Assembly: GCA_963727805.1 (NCBI GenBank)
Contig: CAVSHF010000003.1
Location: forward strand, 736,001 to 800,000
DNA length: 64,000 nucleotides
DNA from: an uncultured Nitrospiraceae bacterium
GTDB taxonomy: Bacteria; Nitrospirota; Thermodesulfovibrionia; Thermodesulfovibrionales; Dissulfurispiraceae
Direction of reading: 5' to 3'
Part shown: positions 30,547-41,649 of the stretch, piece after piece
Layout of the letters: each line of letters begins with the position of its first letter
Numbering within the stretch: position 1 is the first letter of the stretch
Notes under the pieces: model-generated
What the model saw: only the letters and a program-made list of their open reading frames with translations
What the model was told of the DNA's origin: nothing
The model's database searches: none
Program-made: the position numbers and the translations under genes

Positions 30547-31320
30547 ATGATAAGCCAACTCAATATGAAAGATTTGGAACGGTTCAAACGACAGCTGACG
30601 CTAAGCGGATTTACGAAAGAGCATCAGATCAAGCTGAAAAACAGCACGGCACTTATAGCGGGCGTGGGAGGAGTCGGGGGAACTACGGCCCTATATCTGG
30701 CTATAGCAGGCATTGGCAGGCTCAAGCTTGTCCACTCCGGCGTGTTAACATCTTCCAACTTGAATCGACAGATACTGATGACTGAAGACTGGATAGGCAA
30801 TACAAGGGTTGATTGCGCCAAGGTAGCAATTCAGCGCATAGCCTCGGGTGTGCAGGTAGATATCTACAATGAACGGATGATGCCGGAAAATAGTGCCGAT
30901 TTCGTCAGAGATGCAGACGTAGCTGTTTCGGCGCGTCCCAATTTTCCTGAACGGTGTGCATTGAATAATGCATGCATTCAGCACGGAATCCCAATGATAG
31001 AGGGTGCAATGTTTGACATGGATGCCTATCTATTTTCAATCAGCCCCGGCCTTACGCCATGCTTCCACTGTCTGTTTAAGGATGCCGACAGCCATTGGCA
31101 GGAGCTTGGATTCCCAGTGCTCGGCGCACTTTCGGGAACTCTTGGCTGTATGATGGCTGTTGAGGCAATAAAAGTCATCACCGGCTACGGCAAACCACTT
31201 TTCTCAAAAATGCTATTGTTCAATTTGGCAAACATGGACTTTAACACTATCGCTATCAATCGCGATCCCGATTGTCCTGTGTGCGGAACACTACGAACTT
31301 CAGAAGGAGAGAAAACATGA
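30547..31320 (+). CDS. MoeB/ThiF/HesA adenylyltransferase
   Basis: GVGGVG, SNLNRQ, PCFHC and CPVC motifs. Confidence 0.85.
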   Translation: MISQLNMKDLERFKRQLTLSGFTKEHQIKLKNSTALIAGVGGVGGTTALYLAIAGIGRLKLVHSGVLTSSNLNRQILMTEDWIGNTRVDCAKVAIQRIASGVQVDIYNERMMPENSADFVRDADVAVSARPNFPERCALNNACIQHGIPMIEGAMFDMDAYLFSISPGLTPCFHCLFKDADSHWQELGFPVLGALSGTLGCMMAVEAIKVITGYGKPLFSKMLLFNLANMDFNTIAINRDPDCPVCGTLRTSEGEKT

Positions 31321-31550
31321 GCACCGCAACGATTACCGCAAAGCTTTTCGGACCACTTAGGGGGAAATATGAGTCTGATCTGACGTTAACTATCTCGGAA
31401 CACGAAACGATACAAACTGTTGTTGAGAGGCTGTCAATCAAGCCACATCCATCATATTTGTATTCAGTAAATGGGCAACATGCCAAAACCGTTACTCAGT
31501 TGCATGATGGGGACGTTTTGATGATTATCCCTCCGATAAGTGGTGGATAA
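31317..31550 (+). CDS. MoaD/ThiS sulfur carrier
   Basis: C-terminal PPISGG; ATGA overlap with the upstream gene. Confidence 0.85.
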   Translation: MSTATITAKLFGPLRGKYESDLTLTISEHETIQTVVERLSIKPHPSYLYSVNGQHAKTVTQLHDGDVLMIIPPISGG

Positions 31551-31620
31551 AAGATCGGGTGACATGCAAGTTTTGGACAAATGCTCTCCGTAAACATTGA
31601 CCACTTTGAAAGGAGGCAGG

Positions 31621-31677
31621 GTGATCTTTTTTACAGAGGAAGATATAGATAGGCTTATCGAGGAGGATATCCCATAG
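31621..31677 (+). pseudogene. ModD N-terminal remnant
   Basis: AGGAGG RBS then GTG; MIFFTEEDIDRLIEEDIP* resembles the start of ModD. Confidence 0.55.
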
Positions 31678-31686
31678 CTCCAGTTC

Positions 31687-31896
31687 TCAATGCCCCAAAT
31701 TGGCCGAACAAAATACCCCTTCGGTGACATGTTCGAGGAAAATGCCGCAGATGAACGCTCCCCAGGCTATGAGGACAATAAACGTTGCCATCTGAGTTGG
31801 TTCAATTGTTTTATATTTTCGAACAACAACATAGGAGATTGCGAAGACGAGAATTCCAAAAGACAGAACACCGATTAGCATAAGCTGCATATACAT
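31687..31896 (-). CDS. Small membrane protein
   Basis: GGAGG RBS; two hydrophobic helices. Confidence 0.5.
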   Translation of the reverse strand: MYMQLMLIGVLSFGILVFAISYVVVRKYKTIEPTQMATFIVLIAWGAFICGIFLEHVTEGVFCSANLGH

Positions 31897-31947
31897 CCTC
31901 CGAAAATAAACGCAGTAGCAAAAACGACAACAAAAAAGAAATTAAAC

Positions 31948-31973
31948 GCGGGAGAGCCAGCCGGTCTCCCCGC
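31948..31973 (-). terminator. Intrinsic terminator after mop
   Basis: GC-rich hairpin followed by a T-rich tract on the minus strand. Confidence 0.65.
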
Positions 31974-31999
31974 ATTCAGCTCCTCCCTTTTGGAAGTTG

Positions 32000-32206
32000 T
32001 TACTTGCCTACCATTACACTGCTTGCTTTTATAAGCACGACTACATCGTCACCAACCTTCAAAGCAAGATCGTTGACGGCATCTACGGTGATCGTAGAAC
32101 TGATAATGTTACCGCCGCCGATGTCGACCTTCACTCTTGCCATTACTGACCCTGTAAGAATGTCTATTACTTTGCCTTTAATCTGGTTCCTAGTGCTTAA
32201 CTTCAT
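32000..32206 (-). CDS. mop: Molbindin (Mop/TOBE) protein
   Basis: MKLSTRNQIKG...IKASSV. Confidence 0.9.
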   Translation of the reverse strand: MKLSTRNQIKGKVIDILTGSVMARVKVDIGGGNIISSTITVDAVNDLALKVGDDVVVLIKASSVMVGK

Positions 32207-32706
32207 CTGAATCCTCCTTGTCTCAAAGTCTGATATTTATTAGCTTCTCTTGCAGCGCCTCTGAAGTTAACCCCTTACTGCGTGCACACTTCTAATAAAA
32301 AATAGTAATTTCATCGCCGCGTAGCAAATATAGGGGGCTTAAAGCACTATATATGCACAGCAGCCTATAAGCTGCATGTTAATTATTTATTCTGCTATGT
32401 TTGCGAATGTGATCAACTTCAGGCTGCATATGCCAGTTAATGCATGACTGAAGGCTTCCGAGCAGCCTATCGGCTTCTTTGGTTCCCGAGATGAGAAAAT
32501 CAATCAGTTCAATGTCCTGAATTACCTCATACCAATCCAATGCATCCCAGGAAGCCAGACACGGGGTTTCAAATACATACGCTGACTGGGGGTTACGGCA
32601 AGAGCCGACATGCATGCCGATATATAACTTAAGAGCAGTGATCAAGGCGCTAATCTTTGCGACTTCCGGCACGGACTTGCCTTTCATAATGATTCAATTA
32701 TCCAGT

Positions 32707-35394
32707 TCATTGCAGAGCCGTTTTCTCTATCTTAACTGCCGAGAATTTATATTCGGGGGTTCCGGTTATCGGGTCTTTGTGACTCGACGTCAGGATGTTT
32801 GTGAGTGCATCCTGATGATGGAAAGCAAGAAAGACAACTCCATGCTGAGATCTCTCTGTAATTTTTCCCTTCACTCGGATCTTTCCGCGACGAGAGCTAA
32901 TATCGACCATCTCTCCGTCATTGACGCCAAGACGCTCAGCATCAGCCGGATTTATTTCGAGCAGTTCTTCGGGGAACAGCTCCGCGATGCCCGCAGCGCG
33001 CCGTGTCATCGAGCCGTTATTATAGTGTTCACGCCGCCTACCAGTTATGAGGATGAGAGGATATTCCTGATCGGGCACCTCGCCTGGGCCTTTGTACTCC
33101 AGTGGAACGAACCTAGCCTTTCCGCTGGGACGCGAAAATAATTCCTGGTATAGTGTGGTAGTTCCGGGATGCTCTTTTGTCGGACAGGGCCACTGGATGC
33201 CGCCATTGTCGAGCCGGTCATAGGAAATGCCGCCGTAGATCGGTGTTAAGCTCGCGATTTCATCCATAATTTGAGACGGATGGCGATATGACATAGGATA
33301 ACCCATTCGGGTCGAGAGCTCACAGATAACCTGCCATTCAGCCATACCTGAAAGAGGCTCGATGGCTTTGCGCACACGCTGGATGCGACGTTCGCCGTTT
33401 GTGAAGGTGCCATCCTTCTCCGCGAAGCTGGCACCGGGCAGGATTACATGGGCAAAGCGAGTAGTCTCAGTATGGAATATATCCTGGACTACCAGAAAGT
33501 CAAGAGATGACAGGGCTTTGCGGACATGATGAATGTCTGCGTCGGTATGAGCCTGGTCTTCGCCCAGTATGAAGAGTCCCTTGAACTCGCCGTGGGCCGC
33601 CTTATCCAGCATCTCGCAAGACTTGAGGCCGATCTCGGGAGAAAGCTTGAGGCCCCAGGCTTTTTCGAATTTCTCACGTACCTCATTGTTCGTAACAGAC
33701 TGATAACCGGGGAATGTAGCCGGCATAGGCCCCATATCAGTTGCGCCCTGAACGTTGTTCTGTCCGCGCAGAGCCATTATACCTGTAGAAGGGCGTCCGA
33801 TATGGCCGCAGCTTAGGGCGAGGTTGGCAATGGCTATTGCGTTCTCGGTACCGTTTCGGTGCTCGGTAACGCCCAGACCATAGAGGATCATCGCGCGTTC
33901 CGCCTTTGCATACATGCGTGCGGCTGCAACGAGGCGGTCAGGTGAGACGCCTGTGATTCCTTCTACCATTTCAGGTGTATAATCTTTAACTGCGGCTCTT
34001 AGATCTTCAAGCCCCTCCGTCCGCCTCTCGATGAATTCCTTATTATGCCATCCTTCCTTAAGGATCACATGGACCAACCCGTTTAGGAGTGCGACATTTG
34101 TTCCAGGCTTCAGGTTCAGCCAGATTTTGGCTTTGTTGACAAGCTCGATTTTGCGCGGATCTCCCACGATCATCTTGGCACCCCTTCTGAGCGCCTTGTT
34201 AACGTGCAGAGATACAATAGGATGACCCTCCGTCGTGTTGGAGCCAAATACAAAGAGAACGTCAGTTCCAGCTATCTGATTAAATGAATTGCTTGCTGCC
34301 CCAGCTCCCAGCGAGGTGGCCAGCCCGGCCACCGTTGGAGCGTGTCAGACCCGAGCGCAGTTATCGACATTGTTGGTGCCGAGGACCGCGCGGACCCATT
34401 TGGACATAAGATAATTTTCTTCATTTGTACAACGCGACGATGAGAAGCCTCCAACCGATTGCGGCCCGTAGCGTTCCTTCAGCTCTGTGAATTTCTGTGA
34501 CATGAGCGAGAGTGCCTCATCCCACGATGCTGGTCTGAAGTCGTTCCCTTCTCTGATAAGTGGTGTTGTGATACGGTCCTTGTGATGGATAAACTCGTAG
34601 CCAAATCGGCCTTTGATGCAGAGATTGCCGCCGTTAACAGGCGCACTGTAATCGGAGGTTACCCGAATTACCTTGCCGTCCTTCACGTTGAGATAGAAAT
34701 TGCATCCTGTCCCGCAATATGTGCAGGTCGTCTTGACCTTGTTTACTCCGCGAGTGCGGCCCTTACCCATCGATGGCCTTTCTACAAGGGCGCCGACAGG
34801 ACAGGTTGATATACACTGTCCGCAGAAGACGCAGTTATCCGGGCTTTTGGGCAAACTGAAGGCTGTGTCCGGGATAGTAGTGAAACCCCTTCCGACCAGG
34901 TCGATAGTTCCTTTTGTCACTACCTCATGGCATATTCTGACGCACCGCCCGCAGAGGATGCATTTGTTCGGATCGAAATAGACGAGGGGATTGTCGTCGC
35001 AAATCGGGAGGTTTCTGGGGGTCCCTGCAAGAGTATCAGGCTTGACTTCATAGAAATAGGCGAGTTCCTGCAGGTCGCAAACGCCCGACTTTTCACATAC
35101 CATACAATCATTGGGATGGTCGGAAAGGATGAGTGAAAGGACCGATCGTCTTAATGCGGTGATCTGTGTGCTCTCTGTCGTAATCTCCATTGATTCGGCA
35201 ACTGGCGTTGTGCATGCAGTAAGAGGACGGGGGACACCTTTGATTTCGACTACACAGAGCCGGCATCCGCCATAGGGTTCCAGTCGTTCATCATGACAGA
35301 GCGTTGGAATATATATACCGGCCTCTCTGCAGGCTTCGAGAACAGTTTTGCCCACCTCGGTTTTGATCGTTTTGCCGTTGATTTTAATCTCCAT
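32707..35394 (-). CDS. fdhA: Selenocysteine-containing formate dehydrogenase alpha subunit with N-terminal 2Fe-2S/4Fe-4S domains (about 895 aa)
   Basis: ORFs 34345-35529 and 32707-34332 are in frame, joined by TGA 34345-34347 in CARV-U-HAPT; CTYCGTGC, LRGQNNVQG; GGAGG RBS 8 nt before ATG 35394. Confidence 0.92.
34314..34347 (-). promoter_or_regulatory. UGA codon plus bacterial SECIS-like hairpin
   Basis: TGA CAC GCT CCA AC GGTGGCC-GGGCT-GGCCACC: a 7-bp stem with a G-rich loop starting 11 nt after the UGA. Confidence 0.8.
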
Positions 35395-35500
35395 CTGCAT
35401 ATCCTCCGCGAAAAAACTTATAGTTGTTGCCGATTTAATTTTCAGGTCGCGATATATCGCATATACCCAAAGCAAACAATAAATAATGAGGCCAAGTTGG

Positions 35501-35524
35501 CGTTGCGTCAATATTAGCATAACG
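35501..35524. promoter_or_regulatory. ModE box between the divergent fdhA and ModE-like genes
   Basis: CGTTGC-N12-ATAACG; on the minus strand it begins GGGCGTTAT like the 27767 box. Confidence 0.65.
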
Positions 35525-35715
35525 CCCATTTATTTTCAATCTATCCATTATTAAATCGAAGACCACCCTGTATACAGTCACCCTCAATTCTTGACCTTCA
35601 TTCTCTTGCAGTGATAAGCTTTGCCGTGAAATATATTTTAGTTACACTGACATTGTGAAGCGTTAGCTCTATTTGCGCTCAATCTTTCTTAATCAGCCGA
35701 CAGGAGGGTACCGCC

Positions 35716-36108
35716 ATGTCTAATAAATGTCGTACATTTACCATGCGAACCAAAATATGGATTGAGGACGATGCTGGAAAGGTTGTCTTCGGTGCAGGAA
35801 GGTTCAGAATACTCAAGGCAGTTGAAGAGCATGGATCTCTCTCAGCGGCGGCGAAGGCCCTTGGAATGAGCTATAGGGGTGTGTGGGGGAAGATCAGGGC
35901 TACAGAGGATCGCTTGGGTAAACAACTGTTGCAGAAACAGACTGGAGGGATCAGTGGAGGCGGGTCTGAACTTACTCCGTTTGCAGATAACCTTCTAAAT
36001 AGCTACAATCAGCTGCAGAGCAAGACACGGGCGAAGGCTGATAGTTTTTTCCGTGATGTATTTGTCGATGAGTTGGCAGATAAAAAAGATCACAGGAAGT
36101 GTAAATGA
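35716..36108 (+). CDS. ModE-family wHTH regulator without a Mop domain
   Basis: FGAGRFRIL...GSLSAAAKALGMSY...GGGSELT. Confidence 0.85.
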   Translation: MSNKCRTFTMRTKIWIEDDAGKVVFGAGRFRILKAVEEHGSLSAAAKALGMSYRGVWGKIRATEDRLGKQLLQKQTGGISGGGSELTPFADNLLNSYNQLQSKTRAKADSFFRDVFVDELADKKDHRKCK

Positions 36109-36289
36109 GACTAGTCTTCTGTTCTTCGGGGACGCTGACAAGAGCATAGCTTGAAGATATTGTGACCGTAACAGCTTCCCTCTGTGTGTATCCGAAGTCT
36201 TTGAGCACTATCTCACTAATACTGTGCAGTCTATTCATTAAATCAACTGTTATATATGGACTCCACTGCTATATAGAATTGGGCAATCA

Positions 36290-37072
36290 CTATTTCTTTT
36301 TGCTTATAACCGATGGTACCGCGTCCGGATAGAAAAGATTGATTCCATGCTTTACATACTTGGCTATCAGCGTCTGTCCTTCCGGTGCCGTAACGAACGA
36401 TATAAAATCCATGGCTTCTCTATATTTAACATTCGGAAACTTATCTGGATTGACAGCTATGACGCTGTAATTATTCCTGAGCAAAGAGTCTCCTTTATAA
36501 AGGATCTTCAGGGCAATCTTTGTCTCGTAATTAAGAAACGTTCCCATATCAGTGATCGTATAAGCTTTTTTCTGATCGGCAGCAATTAATGTGTCTCCCA
36601 TTTTGGTGCCGGTTTCAAAATACCAGCCTTTGCTCTTGGGATTTATGCCTGCATCTTCCCAGATGTCCAATTCCTTTATATTGGTGCCCGAATCATCTCC
36701 CCGCGATACAAAAGGTTCGCCTGTAGCTGCTATCTCCTCAAATGCCTCTATCGCGGTCTTTGCCCGCTTGATCTTCGCAGGGTCTTTATCGGGGCCCACG
36801 ATAACAAAATCATTATGCATGACTGCTCTCCTGTTTACTCCATACCCCTCGGCGACAAACTTCTCCTCCCTGAATGGATCATGAACAAAAAGCATATCAG
36901 CCTGGCCCTGTTTTGCGATCTTTATAGCCTTGCCGGTTCCCACTGCTATAACCTCAATCTTCAAATCATATCGTGACGACTTTTCGAAGACTGGAATGAG
37001 AATATCGAAGAGACCGGAATTTTGCGTACTCGTGGTCGATGCGATGATAAGTTTTGTCTTTTGTTTTGGCAT
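36290..37072 (-). CDS. TupA-like tungstate-binding protein with no visible signal peptide
   Basis: STTSTQNSGL, VGTGKA and SRGDDSGT motifs; GAGGAG RBS before ATG 37072. Confidence 0.85.
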   Translation of the reverse strand: MPKQKTKLIIASTTSTQNSGLFDILIPVFEKSSRYDLKIEVIAVGTGKAIKIAKQGQADMLFVHDPFREEKFVAEGYGVNRRAVMHNDFVIVGPDKDPAKIKRAKTAIEAFEEIAATGEPFVSRGDDSGTNIKELDIWEDAGINPKSKGWYFETGTKMGDTLIAADQKKAYTITDMGTFLNYETKIALKILYKGDSLLRNNYSVIAVNPDKFPNVKYREAMDFISFVTAPEGQTLIAKYVKHGINLFYPDAVPSVISKKK

Positions 37073-37563
37073 ATAAATCTCCTCATTTGTATCACAGAAT
37101 CGTACATCTGCCCTCAAAGGGACCCACTATACGAATACTAGATAAGACCTGAACAGTCAAGCGGAGGCCGTGAAGAGTTAACATTGGCGCCATCTGCGAT
37201 CCTCGGAATGCGTGGTTCTGCGGAATGTGCTAGATCATTTGATTGCACATGAAATCTATTCACCGTCTTGATGAATGTATTTAATTTGACTTGTAAGGCA
37301 GCGAGATCCTATGTTTATTTATGACGGTAAGAAGTACAGCTTTAGCATGACGAGATAATAACATGCCAATATTCTATGGCCCTATCCGACAAAAGACCAC
37401 CTCTGCACCGTAGCGCTATATTAGGAGATGGTTTCGTGGCCTGGTGGAAGGAGGCGCTTTGTATCTTTGCAGCACAAAGACCCGATTATGGCTGCCTGGA
37501 ATACAAATCATCGACCGTTACAATAGAAGAAAACAGACACGAGTTACAGTGCAAGGGGATAAT

Positions 37564-38421
37564 ATGAAAACGGTAAGATTTTATCTGCTGACATTTCTAA
37601 TACTTCTATGGACCGTATCGATATCTTTCGCTCAGGAGAAATGCAACGCTGTTTACGGAAGCGGTGCAAATAAGTTTATGTTGGCCACAGGAAGTCCCGG
37701 TGAGTTAGGCATTCTGAAGGTCCTCGGTGAGACATTCAGCAAGGAAAATGATTCGACCCTCTGCTGGATTAAGGCTGGTTCCGGGGACTCACTCAGGCTC
37801 CTGAAGGAAAAGAACGTAGATATGATTATGGTGCATGCGCCCGCTGCGGAGAAGAAGGCTATCGCCGAGGGCTGGGCGACTAAACACTTGCTAATCGGCT
37901 CCAATGAATTTTACATCGTCGGTCCTGCTGATGATCCCGCGAACATTCAAGCGGCTAAGAGCGCTACCGACGCCTATCGGAGGATCGCTTCGGCAAAGGC
38001 AGAATTCTTTTCTAGAGGGGATAGCTCGGGCACTAACAAAAAGGAGATGGCTGTCTGGCAGAAGGCTGGCATAATACCTTCTGGTCAATGGTATATAGTC
38101 ACCAAAGACTTCATGACCGCAACCCTGAAGAGGGCTAATCAGGAGAAAGGTTATTTCATGACCGACAGCAGCACATGGGCTGCCGAAAGAAAGAGTATGC
38201 CCAATTTAAAGATACTTTTCAGGGGCGATAAATTTCTCATCAACACCTACCACACACTTGCCCAGCCGGCAGGGGTAACACCCGGCTCGGAGATTGCTGC
38301 TAAGTTTATAGACTTTGTGGTGTCGGGAAAGGGCCAGAAAATAATCAGCGACTTCGGTAAAGAGCAATTCGGCGAAGGACTGTACAATGATGCATCTTAT
38401 GCGCAACAATCTGATGATTAG
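37564..38421 (+). CDS. Divergent TupA-like periplasmic binding protein
   Basis: Signal peptide; ATGSPGELG in place of the TTS motif; SRGDSSGT. Confidence 0.8.
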   Translation: MKTVRFYLLTFLILLWTVSISFAQEKCNAVYGSGANKFMLATGSPGELGILKVLGETFSKENDSTLCWIKAGSGDSLRLLKEKNVDMIMVHAPAAEKKAIAEGWATKHLLIGSNEFYIVGPADDPANIQAAKSATDAYRRIASAKAEFFSRGDSSGTNKKEMAVWQKAGIIPSGQWYIVTKDFMTATLKRANQEKGYFMTDSSTWAAERKSMPNLKILFRGDKFLINTYHTLAQPAGVTPGSEIAAKFIDFVVSGKGQKIISDFGKEQFGEGLYNDASYAQQSDD

Positions 38422-38467
38422 GCAATTCGAAAATATCACAAGAATAGCGATAGGGGAGACAATATCC

Positions 38468-39292
38468 ATGATGAGAAAGTTACTTGCATTGGTAGTACTC
38501 GTTTCAGCAATGGTGGTGTGCTGCTGGTCCTATTCATTTGCGGCCGATAGGGAAATAATCTGTTCATCGACAACGAGCACAGAGAATTCTGGACTCTTCA
38601 GTTACATCCTGCCTATGTTCGAAAAGAAGACAGGCATTAAGGTAAAGGTGGTTGCCCGCGGGACGGGAGCTGCCATCGAAATGGGGAAACGCGGGGACGC
38701 CGATGTGTCCTTTGTCCATGCCAAAGAGCAGGAACTAAAGGCGGTAGAAGAAGGCTTCTTTGTCGACCGACACGATGTCATGTATAACGACTTTGTGATC
38801 ATCGGTCCTGTCAATGATCCCGCGAATATAAAGAGCGAAAAATCGACTACCGAGGCATTCAAGAAAATTGCCGCATCGTCGATATTCGTGTCGCGTGGGG
38901 ATAATTCCGGCACGAATACAAAGGAGTTATCCATTTGGAAGAAGGCGGCAATAGAGACCAAAGGGCAGAAGTGGTATCTCGAAGTGGGGCAGGGGATGGA
39001 AAAGACCCAACGGATCGCTGACGAAAAACATGCGTACACTCTAACGGACAGGGGTACCTGGCTGGCGACGAAGGACAAGGACAGGCTTGAGATGGCCATC
39101 GTTCTTGAGGGCGATCCGACCTTGTTCAACCAGTATGGTGTCATGGCGGTTAATCCTGCAAAGTATAAGCATGTGAAATATAAAGAAGCGATGGAGTTCA
39201 TCAATTGGCTGATATCTAGGGAAGGCCAGCAGGCAATCGCTTCTTTCAAGGACAAGAACGGTAATCCGCTCTTTATCCCGAACGCAAAGTAA
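38468..39292 (+). CDS. tupA: Tungstate ABC transporter binding protein
   Basis: Signal peptide; STTSTENSGL, GTGAA and SRGDNSGT motifs. Confidence 0.88.
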   Translation: MMRKLLALVVLVSAMVVCCWSYSFAADREIICSSTTSTENSGLFSYILPMFEKKTGIKVKVVARGTGAAIEMGKRGDADVSFVHAKEQELKAVEEGFFVDRHDVMYNDFVIIGPVNDPANIKSEKSTTEAFKKIAASSIFVSRGDNSGTNTKELSIWKKAAIETKGQKWYLEVGQGMEKTQRIADEKHAYTLTDRGTWLATKDKDRLEMAIVLEGDPTLFNQYGVMAVNPAKYKHVKYKEAMEFINWLISREGQQAIASFKDKNGNPLFIPNAK

Positions 39293-39735
39293 GGGAAAGA
39301 CCGGCTCTTTCCTGAAGAAATCCTCGGGTTAGGCAGTCCTCAAAATGCGGGCACTACAGGAAGGACATCTCGCCTAACACGTAGCCTCGGAAATAAGAGT
39401 TTCTTTCAGAAAAAACATTTTTGGCGAAATGGCCGGGGTATTGATTGTCAGGATAATATTTCCAGGATAAGAGCGTTAGTCTATCGGGTATAAACATTGT
39501 GCAATGAGCTGTATCTGCATACTGTGGACTTTAAGCAGTAGAAATTTGTAAGGTTGAATGGAGCTTTGCGGCTGTAAAAGCACGTTAACGCTTCACAGAC
39601 ATAAAGAAAATGTCTCAGAGAGCTTTTATTGTTATCATGAAGAAAGGTTGGAGAATCGGAATACATATAGCGAATACAAGGCCGACGACCTAAGTCCAGT
39701 GCCGGAAGATTAATGGAAGAATATTTTCAAAAAAC

Positions 39736-40590
39736 ATGAAGACTGGATTAAGATTAGGGTTGGCAATATTGTGCTTATACGCGGTGTTTTTATCCCTTAG
39801 TAGCGGGAATGCTAATGCGGAAGATGGTGAAGTCCAGACCTCCGATCCCTGTTCAGCCGCAAACCCGTCTGCATTGTTTTATCTTTTGGATCGTCCAACC
39901 TTTTCAGACAGTGCCTGCTCTGTCCCATTTAGGCATATAGTTTTAGAATTAGGCTTGATTCGAGCAAATCTAAGAGGCGAGGGGAGCGGTAAGGCTGACA
40001 GTTACCCACAGGCCGAAGTGAGATTCGGACTTCCAGGCCGGAATGAGTTTAAAATACTTGCTCCCAACTACACGAGCCAGAGGTCGGAGACCCGACAGGA
40101 GGCATCCTCCGGCCTTTCTGCTGCCGGCATCGGGTTCAAACACGAGTTGGGATATGCCGGCAAATGGCTTGGCTCAGTGGAAGCCGTTCTGACCCTACCC
40201 TCTGGCAATGATGTTTTTGGGAGCCGAGGGTTAGGCACTACGATAAATGGGATAGTAGCATATTCACTTAGTGCTCATGTTGGATTGTCTCTCCAGCTTG
40301 GCATAAGCTCTTTGACTGACTCAGTCTCGGCTGGAGGCGGACGCTTCACGAGTTTTAACCAGTTTTTTGCGGCTACATGGAATCCCATCGAGCGGCTACA
40401 GTTATACGGCGAGGTCTATGGCCAAACGAAAACAGCGCGAAGCGAGGGAGCCGGCTACAACTTCGATGGTGGCCTCCAGTACCTTGTTACTCGCTGCTTA
40501 GTGGCTGATCTCGAAACGGGTGTGCGACTAACCGGCAATCTTGGAGGCTTCACCCATTACTACGGGGTGGGCGTTGGAATTCTTTTTTAA
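39736..40590 (+). CDS. Putative outer-membrane transporter (MetA-pathway/phenol degradation family-like)
   Basis: Signal peptide, DRP motif, beta-strand pattern, C-terminal Phe. Confidence 0.7.
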   Translation: MKTGLRLGLAILCLYAVFLSLSSGNANAEDGEVQTSDPCSAANPSALFYLLDRPTFSDSACSVPFRHIVLELGLIRANLRGEGSGKADSYPQAEVRFGLPGRNEFKILAPNYTSQRSETRQEASSGLSAAGIGFKHELGYAGKWLGSVEAVLTLPSGNDVFGSRGLGTTINGIVAYSLSAHVGLSLQLGISSLTDSVSAGGGRFTSFNQFFAATWNPIERLQLYGEVYGQTKTARSEGAGYNFDGGLQYLVTRCLVADLETGVRLTGNLGGFTHYYGVGVGILF

Positions 40591-40640
40591 GTCCGAATAA
40601 AGACTTACCAGGCGACTTAGAAATCTATAGAGAATCCCGA

Positions 40641-41000
40641 ATGATTGCACGCCTTCGCGCCTATTCAGTATTAGTCGATGGGGAAAAGGTCCGCTCAGTA
40701 AAAGATGGTGCCACGGCAATAATTCCTCTCGCAGTGGGTTCACACAGTGTTTTAAATAAGATTGACTGGAAGAAAAGCAACACAATAACAATAAATACCG
40801 AAATTGAAAAAACCACAAAACTGAATATTGGCTATAAGAAACTTACAGGATGGAAGCTGTATGCGTTATCGGGAGCATGGATAATCACAGCTCTTATCGG
40901 CGCAACTATTGGAATTGGAGCACTTATTGGTATCGGCGTAGTCGGTTTCATGTTTAATCGTGTTGGCAGATTATATTTATATCAAGAACAAGAAACATAG
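40641..41000 (+). CDS. Hypothetical membrane protein
   Basis: Beta-rich N-terminus and hydrophobic C-terminus. Confidence 0.55.
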   Translation: MIARLRAYSVLVDGEKVRSVKDGATAIIPLAVGSHSVLNKIDWKKSNTITINTEIEKTTKLNIGYKKLTGWKLYALSGAWIITALIGATIGIGALIGIGVVGFMFNRVGRLYLYQEQET

Positions 41001-41206
41001 TAGATTACAATCAAGGAATCGGCGGGAAACTTCCCCTTGATCGACAGCACCTGTCTCGATAGCTGGAAGAAACCTTGGATAATGAGCGGTTTCTCTGCGG
41101 CGATGACTTTAGGAGTAGAAACAATCGCCCAACAGAAGATATCCTGAATAATAGTTCTGATGTCGGTCTAACTTGATTGTAATTCGACGCGCATTATAAT
41201 ATCAGT

Positions 41207-41413
41207 ATGATCAGAAATAAGGATATCGCATTACAAGTTTTCTTTTTTGTCCTCGGGATGATGCTTGTGGTCTATGGCTGGCGTTCTTTTTTCAAGGGCC
41301 TGCTAGATATCGAACACAACTGGGTGCGCCTCGCCTTAGGTTTTTTCGCAGTGGGCTTGGGTCTTTTTATTTTTTATCTGCTCTTTCTGAGGAAATCAAA
41401 AAGAACCAAATAG
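41207..41413 (+). CDS. Small two-TM protein
   Basis: Two hydrophobic helices and a basic tail. Confidence 0.5.
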   Translation: MIRNKDIALQVFFFVLGMMLVVYGWRSFFKGLLDIEHNWVRLALGFFAVGLGLFIFYLLFLRKSKRTK

Positions 41414-41649
41414 AAATCTTGTGGAGTTGCTGCAGTTTTAAGAACATGGCAATCAGATACCCTGTCCCTGGTCTGGACATGAAAGGTTTTCTCTCCCCTC
41501 GATGAACACCGGTAAAATAAAACGGCTTCACCGCGTCGGGGCAATCGCAATGATAACTAGGACACATTAGCCGCGGAACCCTGCGCTATCCGACACCAAA
41601 CTTGACGTAAGGGCAGTTCGTAGCCCTTGTTGGTCCTCGCATGTCTTGC

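Noticed and set aside
32379..32687. ORF downstream of fdhA
   Set aside because: No recognisable motif or clear RBS; cannot be supported as a gene.
39685..39710. ACCTAAGTCC as a Moco/Wco riboswitch
   Set aside because: The remaining stems and the 3' conserved segment were not found.
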